A stretch of 64,000 nucleotides of DNA from Puniceicoccales bacterium. GTDB taxonomy: Bacteria > Verrucomicrobiota > Verrucomicrobiia > Opitutales > JAIRKQ01. Location of the stretch: NCBI GenBank assembly GCA_031266345.1, contig JAISBD010000004.1:10103-74102 (forward strand). Reading direction: 5' to 3'. The position numbers and the translations under genes were made by a program. Below, piece by piece: positions 10,866 to 19,674 of the stretch; position 1 is the first letter of the stretch, and every line of letters begins with the position of its first letter. Below the pieces are notes generated by a model. The model ran no database searches and was not told the DNA's origin. It saw only the letters and a list, made by a program, of their open reading frames with translations.

Positions 10866-11987
10866 ATGAAATTTTCCATCGATAGAACTGCGTTTGTTAA
10901 CGGTCTGCAGCAGGGCGTGAATGTTGTTTCCACCAGGTTAGTTATGCCGATTTTAAGTAATGTTTTGATAGAGGCGATCGGCGGTGAGGTCTTCTTTACC
11001 ACTACAAACCTTGACCTGGGCATCCGCTGCGGAGTGAAAGCAGACGTCGATTCGGAGGGAGCCATAACCCTGCCGGCGAAAAAATTGGCCACAATTGTGC
11101 GGGCTTTGCCATCGGAGGTGGTGCGTTTCGAGCTCAATGGCCCCCGGGTTCACATCTCCTCCGCTAGCTCCCACTTCGAGATTATGGGCTTGCCGGCCAA
11201 CGATTTTCCCGCATTGCCGGACCGCTTGGAAGAAAATAGGCACAGCGCTCCCCAGGGGGAATTTTTGAGGCTATTGAAAAATGTCTCCTACGCCCAATCG
11301 CGGGATGAAAATCGCTACATTTTGAACGGTGTGTATTTCAGCCTGGAAAATGGCAGCCTCACCGTTGTTGCAACGGATGGCAGGAGGCTGAGCATGATGG
11401 CGAAAGTATTTGGCGAGGACAGCTCTTCCGCGGGAATAATCGTTCCGTCGAAAACAATCGCCGAGATCGAGCGCCTACTTGGCCAGGGCGAAGACATGTG
11501 GTTTGCCTTCAATGAAAGGCAGGTAGTTTTTTCGATTGCGGTCAAGGATGATGGGAAAAGCGGCTTAGTTGGGGACATTGCCGTGGTTTCTAAGGTCATA
11601 GACGGCAATTACCCCAACTTTAAGCAGGTCATTCCCCAAGTCACCGAAAATCGTGTTAAGCTGGACAGGCAGCTGACCTTGGATTGCATTCAGCGCGTGG
11701 CATTGGTTACGAGTGAGAATAAAAATTCCATAAAAATGCGCTTTGCGGATAATTCTTTGGAGCTATCGGCGGCGAGTGTGGAGTACGGCGAGGCCCACGA
11801 AAAAATTGCCATACAATACGGAGGGAATCCGGTGGAGATCGCTTTTAATCCTGTGTTTTTAAGCGATCCATTGCGGGCGCTGGTGCAGGACGAGGTATTT
11901 TTTGAGTTCAAGGATGAAATGAATCCGGGGGTATTTCGCACGCTAGACAGTTTTCTATGCGTTGTTATGCCGCTGCGCGTTGGTTGA
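10866..11987 (+). CDS. dnaN: DNA polymerase III beta clamp
   Basis: PILSNVLI, ATDGRRL, GNYPNFKQVIP, VVMPLR. Confidence 0.97.
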   Translation: MKFSIDRTAFVNGLQQGVNVVSTRLVMPILSNVLIEAIGGEVFFTTTNLDLGIRCGVKADVDSEGAITLPAKKLATIVRALPSEVVRFELNGPRVHISSASSHFEIMGLPANDFPALPDRLEENRHSAPQGEFLRLLKNVSYAQSRDENRYILNGVYFSLENGSLTVVATDGRRLSMMAKVFGEDSSSAGIIVPSKTIAEIERLLGQGEDMWFAFNERQVVFSIAVKDDGKSGLVGDIAVVSKVIDGNYPNFKQVIPQVTENRVKLDRQLTLDCIQRVALVTSENKNSIKMRFADNSLELSAASVEYGEAHEKIAIQYGGNPVEIAFNPVFLSDPLRALVQDEVFFEFKDEMNPGVFRTLDSFLCVVMPLRVG

Positions 11988-11988
11988 C

Positions 11989-13278
11989 ATGTTTACGCTG
12001 ATTTACAGGCTGCTATTTCTGCCGCTGTTTTTGCTCATGTTGCCCTACTATGGCATAAAGATGTGGAGGCGTGGGGGCTATGCAAAGGATCTCACCTATC
12101 GGCTGGGTTTTTATCCGACGCTGAAAAAATCTGGAAAAAAAAGGATTTGGCTGCAGGCTGTCAGTGTCGGTGAAGTGAAAGCGGTGGGAGGCTTAGTTGA
12201 CCTCCTCATCGCCGACGGCAGGTTCGAGATAATTTTGACCACGACTTCGAGCACGGGATACACTCTAGCGGGGGAGTTATACGGCGGAAAAATTTTGTTT
12301 GTGGGGCTATTTCCCTGGGATTTTTACGCATTTAGCGCGCTGGCGTGGGAAAAAATTCGCCCAGACATCGCTCTCCTCATGGAAAGCGAGCTTTGGCCGG
12401 AACACATGCACCAAGCACGGGTGCGTTCCTCACCGATCTACCTCGTTAACGCACGCCTCTCGGACAAAACCTTTGCCAGGTATGCAAAATTTCCAGCCCT
12501 ATGCCGGGCAATTTTTTCGCCGGTTACGAAAATTTTAGCACAATCGAAGGATGTTTATGACCGCTTCGTCGCGTTGGGGATTGATGGGAATAAGCTATCA
12601 GTATCGGGCAACTTGAAATTTGACTGCACTTTTCCGCCCATTGGTGCTTCGGATAGGAAGGCACTTAAAACTGAGCTGGGTTTTGGGGAGGAATCCCTAA
12701 TTTTGCTTGGTTCGTCGACGTGGCCCGGGGAGGAAGAATGGCTAATTGAGTGCTTCGCCATGATTCGCAAAAGGGCGAAAGGAGATTGGCGTCTCCTGTT
12801 TGTTCCAAGGCATGCGGAGAGGCGTGCGGAAATAATGCTTTCCCTAAAAAGGGGTGAATTTTGCTGGCATCAACGCTCGCGGGGGCCCGCCGAAGCGCAG
12901 GTCGATATTTGCCTCGCGGATACGACTGGTGAGCTGGCACGGCTGACCAGCGTCGCCGATTTAGTTTTTATCGGGAAAAGTTTGCTGGGGAACAGCGGCG
13001 GGCAGTCGCCCCTGGATGCTGCAGCGTATGGGATCCCAATGGTTTACGGTGATAATATGACAAACTTCCGCGCGATTTGCCAATCCCTGGAATTATCCGG
13101 TGGAGCGGTGAAAGCCGGTGACGCGGCGGCGGCCCAAAGTGCCCTAGTCGAGCTCGCCTTTGATGGGCAGAGGCGGGGGCAATTGTCAAAAATTTTGGCC
13201 GACTGGTATGTGCAAAATCGCGGGGCAGCGGAGTACACTTACCGCGCAATTGTCGAGGATTTTTTCCATGCTAAGTGA
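11989..13278 (+). CDS. waaA: Kdo transferase
   Basis: IWLQAVSVGEV, ESELWP, NARLSD, VPRHAER, DTTGEL. Confidence 0.93.
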   Translation: MFTLIYRLLFLPLFLLMLPYYGIKMWRRGGYAKDLTYRLGFYPTLKKSGKKRIWLQAVSVGEVKAVGGLVDLLIADGRFEIILTTTSSTGYTLAGELYGGKILFVGLFPWDFYAFSALAWEKIRPDIALLMESELWPEHMHQARVRSSPIYLVNARLSDKTFARYAKFPALCRAIFSPVTKILAQSKDVYDRFVALGIDGNKLSVSGNLKFDCTFPPIGASDRKALKTELGFGEESLILLGSSTWPGEEEWLIECFAMIRKRAKGDWRLLFVPRHAERRAEIMLSLKRGEFCWHQRSRGPAEAQVDICLADTTGELARLTSVADLVFIGKSLLGNSGGQSPLDAAAYGIPMVYGDNMTNFRAICQSLELSGGAVKAGDAAAAQSALVELAFDGQRRGQLSKILADWYVQNRGAAEYTYRAIVEDFFHAK

Positions 13279-14086
13279 GCAAAAAATTACTAGCAAACAA
13301 AACCCGAAGATAAAATTTGTGGCGAAATTGCGCGACCGCGGGAAAAGAAATCGGCTGGGATTATTCATCGTCGAGGGATTTCGGGAATGTTGGCGAGCCT
13401 TTGAGAGTGGGGTCACTTTCGAATCTCTGTTCTTCTGCGCAAAATTTTTTCGGAACGGGAACTTTGACGAGTTTGTGCGCAGCGTCGCCCGGGCGAATGT
13501 GGATATTTTTGAGCTGAGCGGCGATGTCTTTGAAAAAATAAGCGTGCGCAGTGGCTGCGATGGTATTTTGGCGATTTGCAGGACGTGGCAGTCGAGTCTT
13601 CAGGGGTTAAAATTTCGCGAAAATTCTCTATTTCTTGTGGTTGATGGGATCGAGAAATCTGGAAATTTGGGGGCCCTCATGCGCTCGGCGGAATCGGCAA
13701 ATGTCGACGCCATGTTTATCTGCAATCCCGTGGCGGACATTTTTAACCACAACGCTGTTCGAACGTCTCAGGGGGCGCTATTTTCACTGGCGATCTTTCA
13801 GACCACTCGAGAGGAAGTCTGTGAAATTTTGCTCAAAAACGGTGTGGCAATTTTTGCGACAACTCCCTCCGCGCAAAGGCGCTATTGGGAAGCGGACATG
13901 GTGCCATCCACGGCGATCGTGGTCGGGGCGGAACACGATGGCTTGCCGGAATTTTGGTTGCACGGCGACCGAACCACCGCGGTTTCAATGCCGCAGCTCG
14001 GCCGCGCGGATTCTTTAAATGTCAACGATGCGGCTGCCATTGTGCTCTACGACGCCATTCGGCAGCGCCTATCACGGAGAAGCTGA
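13268..14086 (+). CDS. TrmH/SpoU-family RNA methyltransferase
   Basis: ITSKQNPKIK, GNLGALMRSA, VGAEHDGL, DSLNV. Confidence 0.9.
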   Translation: MLSEQKITSKQNPKIKFVAKLRDRGKRNRLGLFIVEGFRECWRAFESGVTFESLFFCAKFFRNGNFDEFVRSVARANVDIFELSGDVFEKISVRSGCDGILAICRTWQSSLQGLKFRENSLFLVVDGIEKSGNLGALMRSAESANVDAMFICNPVADIFNHNAVRTSQGALFSLAIFQTTREEVCEILLKNGVAIFATTPSAQRRYWEADMVPSTAIVVGAEHDGLPEFWLHGDRTTAVSMPQLGRADSLNVNDAAAIVLYDAIRQRLSRRS

Positions 14087-14088
14087 CC

Positions 14089-14565
14089 ATGGATAATGAT
14101 TTTTTTTTGACGGCCAGAGTTGCCGATGTGGTGGCAAATCTCGGAGAATACCGCCCCTGCTGGGATGATTATTTCATGGCGACGGCACTGCTGATCTCGG
14201 CGCGGTCGGATTGCGGGAGGCTACACGTGGGCTGCGTGTTGGTTTCGTCCGGCCAGTGCCAGCACCGGGTCATCGCCGCCGGATACAATGGCTTCGTTGC
14301 CGGTGCGCCCCACAAATCGCGCATGCGCGACAATCACGAACAAGCAACCATCCACGCGGAACAAAATGCCATCGCCGATGCGGCGAAACGGGGGGTAAGT
14401 GTCTTGGGATCAACTAGTTACATCTCCCACTATCCCTGCTTGCAATGTGCAAAATTACTTGTCTCCGCCGGCATTGGGCGGATTAAGTACCACTTCGATT
14501 ACAACAACGATCCCCTAGTTGGCGAGCTCTTGGCTGAGTGGGGCCTCCCCATCGAGCAGTTGTAA
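14089..14565 (+). CDS. dCMP deaminase (ComEB-like)
   Basis: RPCWDDYFM, GYNG, HAEQNAI, PCLQC. Confidence 0.92.
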   Translation: MDNDFFLTARVADVVANLGEYRPCWDDYFMATALLISARSDCGRLHVGCVLVSSGQCQHRVIAAGYNGFVAGAPHKSRMRDNHEQATIHAEQNAIADAAKRGVSVLGSTSYISHYPCLQCAKLLVSAGIGRIKYHFDYNNDPLVGELLAEWGLPIEQL

Positions 14566-15444
14566 TCCTTTGCATCCTATCAGGTTACAAAACTCTCCCC
14601 CGGGGTGAGACAGGATTAGGAACCTGCTTCGCAGGGATTGGTCTTTCAACGATTCGGAGAATTGGAACCTTTCCTTCGCAAATTCAAATGTGGCCTGGTG
14701 GTGAGCCTCTCCGGTTTCCAGGGCCAGTACGCCATTGGGCTTCAAAAATTTCGGGGCTTGGTCGATAATTTTCAATAAATCTGCTTTGCCGCCATCCGCC
14801 GCACACAGGGCCGCCTTCGGCTCGAAAAATTTTATCTCCGGCTGGGTTTGCGCCCATTCTTCCTCGGATAAATAGGGTGGATTGGAAACAATCAGGTCAA
14901 ATGCACCGGCAATGCTGGAAAACCAGTCCGATTCCACGAAAACTACGTTGCGGGTCATATTGCGTGCCCCATTTTCCCGGGCTAGGGAGAGGGCGGCGCG
15001 GCTGCAATCGGAGGCGCACACCCGCGAGCGCAGGAAATATTTGGCCAACGTGAGCGCCAGAGCTCCGCTGCCCGTCCCAAGTTCAAGGATGTCCAAGGCT
15101 GCATTTTTGTGCGTTGAAAATTTTTTTATCAAGATCTCAGCCAATTCCTCCGTTTCCGGACGCGGGATGAGCGCCCGCTTATCCACATTGATCGTCAACT
15201 CGTGAAAGGGCCATTCGCCCATTATGTACTGCAGCGGCTCGCGCTTCGCACGGCACGTCAGAAGAACCCTGATGGCGTCGAGTTGCCTATCATTCAATTT
15301 CGCCATGTACCGCAAATATAGGTCGATGCGCCGGCACCTAAGTGCCTTTGTCAAAAGACATTCTGCTTCAAATCGTGCGTTACAAATGTCCTTTCTGCGC
15401 AAAAATTCTTCGGATTTTTTCAATATGTCAATTAGTGTCGACAT
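14515..15444 (-). CDS. prmC: Release factor glutamine methyltransferase
   Basis: EPLQYI.G, LIPRPETE, LGTGSG, SNPPY; ATG at 15444 chosen. Confidence 0.94.
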   Translation of the reverse strand: MSTLIDILKKSEEFLRRKDICNARFEAECLLTKALRCRRIDLYLRYMAKLNDRQLDAIRVLLTCRAKREPLQYIMGEWPFHELTINVDKRALIPRPETEELAEILIKKFSTHKNAALDILELGTGSGALALTLAKYFLRSRVCASDCSRAALSLARENGARNMTRNVVFVESDWFSSIAGAFDLIVSNPPYLSEEEWAQTQPEIKFFEPKAALCAADGGKADLLKIIDQAPKFLKPNGVLALETGEAHHQATFEFAKERFQFSESLKDQSLRSRFLILSHPGGEFCNLIGCKGLQLLDGEAPLSQELAN

Positions 15445-16250
15445 CTCAACAATTTCGCCCTGCGATTGCGCAAAATGTGCCTGCCCATCCCCCAAAATAT
15501 GTAGCTCAAAAATATTACCGCCATGGCCAGCTCCTGCACGAGTGTAAACAGTAAAATAATCGCAATTCCGATGATGAACGACCCCCACTTTGCCTGCGTA
15601 TTCCAGTCAACTTTCTTAAAACTTGGGTACTTAATGTTGCTCACCATGAGCCAGGCTATCAGCAACATCAGCGGCGGTAGGATGAGGGACAGCGCCTTTA
15701 AGTCGTAGCTATTTAGGAGCAAAACGAGGGAAACTATCACCCCGGCGGCGGCTGGCACCGGTAATCCGTGAAAATCGTGGCTATTTTTATCCTGTTCGAA
15801 TTTGGGCAGCAGGGGGTTAGTTATCACGTTGAACCTCGCCAGACGCACACCGGCGCACAGCAGGTAGATAAACCCGAAAATCCACCCGACTTGGCGAAAA
15901 AATGGGAATTGCTCCGTGGGCGATAGGATCATGAAAAATACCATCAAAGCGGGCGCAACTCCAAATGAAACCGCATCGGCAATGGAGTCGAATTCCTTGC
16001 CAAACATGGATTCTTTCCCGCCTAAGCGCGCCACTCGGCCATCTAATAGGTCGCATATGCCGGCCATGACGACTAGCCAAACGGCCTGCGCATAGAAATA
16101 TGCCGCCATTTCCTCGGAAAACGTGCAATATTTGGCCTGTATGCAGCGAATTATTGCCAAAAACCCAAAAAACAGATTGAGCGCCGTGAAAAAGCTTGGC
16201 AGGAGGTAAATTTTACTGGCATCTTCCACCGATTTATTTGTCTTTTCCAT
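15432..16250 (-). CDS. pssA: CDP-diacylglycerol--serine O-phosphatidyltransferase
   Basis: DLLDGRVAR...FG.EFDSIAD.VSFGVAP, RLARFN, GLPVPAAA. Confidence 0.92.
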   Translation of the reverse strand: MEKTNKSVEDASKIYLLPSFFTALNLFFGFLAIIRCIQAKYCTFSEEMAAYFYAQAVWLVVMAGICDLLDGRVARLGGKESMFGKEFDSIADAVSFGVAPALMVFFMILSPTEQFPFFRQVGWIFGFIYLLCAGVRLARFNVITNPLLPKFEQDKNSHDFHGLPVPAAAGVIVSLVLLLNSYDLKALSLILPPLMLLIAWLMVSNIKYPSFKKVDWNTQAKWGSFIIGIAIILLFTLVQELAMAVIFLSYIFWGMGRHILRNRRAKLLRCRH

Positions 16251-16300
16251 GGGGATTATTGAGCAGAAAAAGTGCACCGAAGCAACAACGTTTTAAATTT

Positions 16301-17218
16301 TTATTCCGCCCCGAAGAGTGCGTCCACGTAGCCATTCACTGAAAATCGCGAAAAATCTTCCATGCGTTCGCCGGTACCCAGGAACAGGATTGGGATTTGA
16401 AGTTCGCGGTGTATGCCGACAATCGCACCGCCGCGACTGCTCCCGTCCATCTTTGTAACAATTAGTCCCCCTAGGCCGACCTCGCCGTGAAAAATTTTGG
16501 CGGACTCCAGCGAATTCGTTCCCAAGCTACCGTCAACCACGAGCCAGTTGTGCAGCTGCACATCGCCGTCCAATTTCTTCAAAATTTTTGAAATTTTTTG
16601 CAATTCAGCCATCAAGTTCGCTTTGACGTGCAGTCGGCCGGCCGTATCGGCTATGAGCACATCGTATTTTCTTGCGAGTGCGGACTGGTAGGCATCATAG
16701 GCGACAGCGGCGGCATCTCCGCCGGACTGCCCACTGACGATATCCAGGGCTAATTTATTCGCCAAAGTCTTGATTTGTTCACCTGCGGCGGCGCGGAAAG
16801 TGTCGCAACCGGCCAGCAGAACCGATTTTCCATTTGCTCTGAAAAACTGTGCCAATTTGGCGGCCGTCGTCGTTTTCCCCGCCCCATTAACCCCAATCAA
16901 GCAGACCACCAGTGGCTTGCCGGTCACCGTCGGCAACTCAGCTTCGGCGCAGCTCAAAGATCTTCTAATCACGGCGGCGGCGATTTCCAGGGCATTTTGC
17001 TTGCGCATGGACGGCTCTTTTTTGTGAGCTAATTTTATTTCACCTATGATTTCCTGCGTGGTTTTTGTCCCGAAGTCTGCCGCCAGCAATGCCCGCTCGA
17101 TTTCGTCCAGGGCATCGCCGTCAATTTTTTCAAACTTGAACAGCGAGCGGAGCGATTGAAATAATCTCTTCCCCGGCTTGGCTATTTTGGCTGGCAATTT
17201 TTGAAAAAATTTAAACAT
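16301..17218 (-). CDS. ftsY: SRP receptor FtsY
   Basis: GVNGAGKTTT, DTFRAAA, DTAGR, TKMDG..RGG. Confidence 0.96.
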   Translation of the reverse strand: MFKFFQKLPAKIAKPGKRLFQSLRSLFKFEKIDGDALDEIERALLAADFGTKTTQEIIGEIKLAHKKEPSMRKQNALEIAAAVIRRSLSCAEAELPTVTGKPLVVCLIGVNGAGKTTTAAKLAQFFRANGKSVLLAGCDTFRAAAGEQIKTLANKLALDIVSGQSGGDAAAVAYDAYQSALARKYDVLIADTAGRLHVKANLMAELQKISKILKKLDGDVQLHNWLVVDGSLGTNSLESAKIFHGEVGLGGLIVTKMDGSSRGGAIVGIHRELQIPILFLGTGERMEDFSRFSVNGYVDALFGAE

Positions 17219-17271
17219 GTCGAAAGGTGCATGCTTACACACTTTTTTTCTTTAAACAATGAAAATTTGCA

Positions 17272-17751
17272 TCAAATTTCCACCAGTAACACGCCAGCAA
17301 AGGCGGCTATGGCTTTTTTTCGGCCGATGTGCCCCAGTCCTTCATTTGTCGTTGCCTTGATGCCGATTTGGGATGTTTGAATGGGGAAAATTTTGCCGAT
17401 GGCTGCTTTCATCCTATCCGTGTAAGGGGCTAATTTGGGGGCTTCGGCGATGATCGTGATGTCCACATTTGCAATTTTAAATTTTTGCTCCCGCAGCTTA
17501 TTTTTGGCAAAAAGCAATATTTTTTTCGAATCGAGGTTTTTGTTTTTCGGGTCGGTGTTCGGAAAATGTACCCCGATATCCGGCAGGGCAAGTGCACCGA
17601 AAATTGCGTCCGCGAGTGCGTGTAGAACCACATCGGCATCCGAATGCCCGAGCAAGCCGAGCTCGGATTCGATGCGCACCCCGCCCAGGATGAGCTCCCT
17701 GCCCGGCACTAGGCGGTGGATATCGTACCCGTGGCCAATTCTGATATTCAT
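17272..17751 (-). CDS. ispF: MEcPP synthase IspF
   Basis: RIGHGYDIH, GHSDADV.LHA, KATTNEGLG. Confidence 0.97.
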   Translation of the reverse strand: MNIRIGHGYDIHRLVPGRELILGGVRIESELGLLGHSDADVVLHALADAIFGALALPDIGVHFPNTDPKNKNLDSKKILLFAKNKLREQKFKIANVDITIIAEAPKLAPYTDRMKAAIGKIFPIQTSQIGIKATTNEGLGHIGRKKAIAAFAGVLLVEI

Positions 17752-18443
17752 CGTCCCGAGCCTTTGTTTAGCAGTGCTTCGACCGCGGCGATGTCGCCGG
17801 GATAGGTAATTTTTATATTTGGGTGAAAATTTTCGATGATTTTCACCTTTGCACTCCCTGGGAGCGCACTGGAATCATCGGAGAGCGGCCGTTTCGCTTC
17901 GAGGTATGCGTTCAAAATTGCTCCATATTTGAACATTTGCGGCGTCTCAACGTGCCACACCCCGTCGCGTCGGAGATATTTTCGCCCCCGAGGTGACACG
18001 TGGAGGAGCGTGTCCGTTGCCCTATGGGCGAGGATGGCCCCGTCGTGATCCACCAGCGCGGATAGCAGCAGCGGTAAACTATTGGCGGGGAGGAGTGGGC
18101 GGGCAGCATCGTGAATCAGCACAAAATCAGGCCCGCTTGATTGCATGTGCAGCAGGGCGTTCAGCGCGGATTTTTGCCGCGAGTCTCCCCCGCGAATGCA
18201 GCTTATATTGGCCCGCAGGGTTAACCCGTCGAGGAGTTGCAAAACTTTTCCCCGCTGCCAATCATCCCGCGTTACGACTACAATTTCGGAGAAAATTTTA
18301 GAACCATCAATGGCGAGCAATGGGTACATAAATACCGGTTTGCCCGCAATTGGCGCCAATGTTTTATCCGGATAGGAACCACCCATGCGCGCGCCTGCCC
18401 CCCCCATGAGCAATATCGCCGCACTCCTTGCCAATTGTTCCAT
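17748..18443 (-). CDS. ispD: MEP cytidylyltransferase IspD
   Basis: GG.G.RMG, GG.SRQ.S, IHDAARP, ETPQ.F, N.KITYP.D. Confidence 0.92.
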   Translation of the reverse strand: MEQLARSAAILLMGGAGARMGGSYPDKTLAPIAGKPVFMYPLLAIDGSKIFSEIVVVTRDDWQRGKVLQLLDGLTLRANISCIRGGDSRQKSALNALLHMQSSGPDFVLIHDAARPLLPANSLPLLLSALVDHDGAILAHRATDTLLHVSPRGRKYLRRDGVWHVETPQMFKYGAILNAYLEAKRPLSDDSSALPGSAKVKIIENFHPNIKITYPGDIAAVEALLNKGSGR

Positions 18444-18505
18444 GGGCTGAACACTATTCTAAAATATCCTCCAGGCAACTTTGAAAAATTTCCCGTCCCT
18501 TTTTG

Positions 18506-19378
18506 CTAATTTGAAAACAACGCCCTATTTATGGCTACGCCGTGGCGCACGCTGGCATCGGAAATTAGGACCTCCCCACGCTTTACACAGGATAATGTCG
18601 CTATCACGATGGCGAGTGCTATGTCAAAAATATCGACCTTTCCCCTTGGAATTCCGAATGCAAGCCTTTCCCCAGTGCCCATCGGTGAAATTCTATGGAA
18701 GAGAGATTCCACGGCAGCGGCGGAAACATTTTTAGCATCGGCCATGGCTAGGAATCGCTTCCCTATGGCTAGGCATCCTCCGGTGCAGATGATTTTATCA
18801 TCCTTCGTTGGCAGGGGAATATTTTCCATACTTTTCCGCACAATATTGGTAATATTTTCTATGGATGGTTTCAAGTGGTTACAGCATAGGATATTGGCCA
18901 GATTGATTGCGCCAATATCTCTGCTTGCTGAAAAAATATGCGCACCGTTGAAAAGATTGAATTCCACACTGCCGCCGCCCACATCCAGTGAAAAAAATTT
19001 CTCAATTTTCTCCATATTTTTCACCGAATTGCCCACCAGGCGCGCCTCCTCAAGTCCGCTTAGGACGTGCACATCAAGCCCCGTTTCGGCCCTAATTTTT
19101 AGTAAAAATTCCCGTGCATTTTTCGCAGAGCGGAGCGCATAGGTGGCGACGCAAATGGCACTTTCAGCACCGTTTTTTTGCCCAAATGAGAGTAAATTTT
19201 CCACCACTTCCACGGCTGCATCTCGCCGATCCTCGCCGATTTTTGCTGAAATTTCACCCCCAATGCGCACATCCACGCTCTTAAACGCAACTTGCTCGCA
19301 AGTTGTTTCGCCGCACTCAAATAGGGAGGCCTTGGTGGAGCCAGTCCCAATGTCGATCACATTAATTAACCCGCGCAT
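18506..19378 (-). CDS. ppx: Ppx/GppA-family phosphatase
   Basis: IDIGTGS, AT.ALR.A.N, LSG.EEA, DVGGGSVE. Confidence 0.88.
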   Translation of the reverse strand: MRGLINVIDIGTGSTKASLFECGETTCEQVAFKSVDVRIGGEISAKIGEDRRDAAVEVVENLLSFGQKNGAESAICVATYALRSAKNAREFLLKIRAETGLDVHVLSGLEEARLVGNSVKNMEKIEKFFSLDVGGGSVEFNLFNGAHIFSASRDIGAINLANILCCNHLKPSIENITNIVRKSMENIPLPTKDDKIICTGGCLAIGKRFLAMADAKNVSAAAVESLFHRISPMGTGERLAFGIPRGKVDIFDIALAIVIATLSCVKRGEVLISDASVRHGVAINRALFSN

Positions 19379-19674
19379 TTGAAATGTTGTCCATGCGTTT
19401 TCCCTTTTCCCTTAGAATAAAGGAAGGAACCATTGCACTAGCCGTTGCCATATTAAATGTGTAGCATAAATTCCCTAAAAAGCAAGTAAGTAGATTTTTA
19501 GGGGCAGAACTCATAAAAAAATCAACAGGCACGCCCACTAATTTTTAAGGCAAGTACACCCTGGTACAAAATCAGAAAAATAGCGCTGAGCAACCCGAAA
19601 GTGAATTATTTTACTTGCAAAGCGTGGCATAAATTTTACAAAATTGTAGCATAAATTTTACAATTTTGAACGCC

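Noticed and set aside
13885-14088. Long N-terminal extension of the dCMP deaminase
   Set aside because: Overlaps the TrmH gene; family similarity starts after ATG 14089
15445-15588. Extended PrmC N-terminus
   Set aside because: Overlaps pssA; ATG 15444 gives a normal PrmC
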